Of a stretch of DNA of 48,229 nt, positions 47,214 to 48,229 are shown piece by piece. Source of the stretch: Hylemonella sp. (lineage in GTDB: Bacteria; Pseudomonadota; Gammaproteobacteria; Burkholderiales; Burkholderiaceae_C). The notes beneath the pieces are model-generated. The model did no database searches. It saw nothing but the letters and a program-made list of their open reading frames with translations, and was not told the DNA's origin. Location: positions 1 to 48,229 of the forward strand of contig DALYHW010000001.1 of NCBI GenBank assembly GCA_031970695.1, in the 5' to 3' direction. Numbering within the stretch: position 1 is the first letter of the stretch; each line of letters opens with the position of its first letter. A program made the position numbers and the translations under genes.

Positions 47214-47299
47214 GTCTGTCTCCTCAGGTTGTTGTTGCAAAACTCACAGCGCCGTCCTGGGCCCGTACGGTAACGGCCGGCTGTTCTTCTTGTGACGCT

Positions 47300-48229
47300 C
47301 TACTGCCTCAGGCCCAACGCCGTCGTGATCTTCTGCCCCGATGCCTGGAGTGCCGCCAGCCGGGGGGCCAGGTTCACGCCGAGCAGGCGCCCGTGGCGCT
47401 TTTTCCATTGACCGGCCACCATCACGCTGTCGATATTGGCCAGCGTGGTCTGCATCACCACCGTGCTCACGGGGTCGTGCACCGGCTGCATGTTCAGGTC
47501 GTCAGCGCGGATCAGCATCAGGTCGGCCTGCTTGCCGGGTGCCAACGTGCCGATGCGGTCGAGCTGACCCAGCATGCGCGCGCCTTCCACCGTGACCCAC
47601 TGCAAGGCCTCGCGCGTGCTGATGGTGGAGGTCGGCGGGATGCTGCCATGGGCCTCGCGGTAGGCCACGTTGTCCAGGCTGCGCTGCATGCCCAGCGCCA
47701 CTCGGGCCTGCGTGAGCATGTCGCCGCTCAGCACGCTCTCCAGGTCGACGCCCAGCGAAGGCGCCTTGCCGAAGGGGCGCAGGCGGCCGGTGATGGGATG
47801 ACCATGGCCCTGGGTCATCTCGTTCTCAGCCGCGGCCGAGAAGCTCATACCGAGGTCACAGAAACGCTTTAACTGCGCGTCACTCAGCGCGTGGCCGTGC
47901 ACGATGTTGATCTGCGGACCCAGCAAACCGTCCGCCTCGAGCTTCTCCCAGCCATCGGGGGTACGGGCGGGTCCACCGCCCTGGTGCAGCGAGCCCACCA
48001 CCCCCAGTTCCTTGACCATGCGGAAGTCGTGGAGCGCCACGTCCAGCGTGGAGTAGTGCGGCCCCAGCACGGCCGCGTGCACGCTGAGCAAGTCACGGCC
48101 CTGGTGCGCCTTGAGCAGGCGCTCGACCTCGGCGCGCGGATGTGGCACTTCCCAGAAGGGGCGTTCGCCGGGCTTGGGGTCGGGCTTGGGCGTGCCATGG
48201 AAGAAGGCCGCGCGGATACCACTCTCCAG
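47300..48229 (-). CDS. Amidohydrolase family protein (SsnA/AtzA-like deaminase fold), 5' end outside the window
   Basis: Frame open to the window edge (LESGIRAAFFHG...), NIVHG, LGVD, GTLAPGKQADL, VMVAG. Confidence 0.85.
   Translation of the reverse strand: MESGIRAAFFHGTPKPDPKPGERPFWEVPHPRAEVERLLKAHQGRDLLSVHAAVLGPHYSTLDVALHDFRMVKELGVVGSLHQGGGPARTPDGWEKLEADGLLGPQINIVHGHALSDAQLKRFCDLGMSFSAAAENEMTQGHGHPITGRLRPFGKAPSLGVDLESVLSGDMLTQARVALGMQRSLDNVAYREAHGSIPPTSTISTREALQWVTVEGARMLGQLDRIGTLAPGKQADLMLIRADDLNMQPVHDPVSTVVMQTTLANIDSVMVAGQWKKRHGRLLGVNLAPRLAALQASGQKITTALGLRQ

Noticed and set aside
1..48229. CRISPR arrays, tRNA/rRNA, riboswitches, prophage, retron/defence genes
   Set aside because: No regularly spaced direct repeats, RNA-gene signatures, or nuclease/RT/integrase motifs seen; intergenic gaps are short. 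A covariance-model scan was not possible

Overview
GC-rich betaproteobacterial chromosome segment; gene content suggests Comamonadaceae/Burkholderiales. 1-9.0 kb: complete aa3/caa3-type cytochrome c oxidase locus (coxB with fused cytochrome c, coxA, 38-aa assembly peptide, ctaG, DUF2970, coxC, antisense DUF2909, SURF1, SCO-like protein, ctaA, ctaB, sco truncated at the edge). 9.2-15.3 kb: housekeeping genes (bioC-like/comF, trmL, MaoC, orphan ParA, kefC, TauE). 15.3-48.2 kb: a mosaic of accessory aromatic/organic-acid catabolism. It includes a LysR-linked hydroxyquinol-type dioxygenase operon (TRAP, YciI, Dabb, SnoaL/NTF2, Bug, FMN reductase), a thiol dioxygenase, three FAD monooxygenases (two followed by DUF2783), a VOC dioxygenase candidate, two c-di-GMP enzymes, ohr/ohrR, an orphan MenA-like prenyltransferase and a maleylacetate reductase operon. 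Non-coding signals: a 267-bp structured MITE inserted at the shared CTAG stop of two convergent genes, two related REP-like elements, operator palindromes, two FNR-like boxes, a GGAGAC RBS motif confined to transport/catabolic genes, and several apparently leaderless genes. I saw no CRISPR array, rRNA, tRNA, transposase, phage or defence genes. All protein calls come from motif recognition by eye; no database searches were run.
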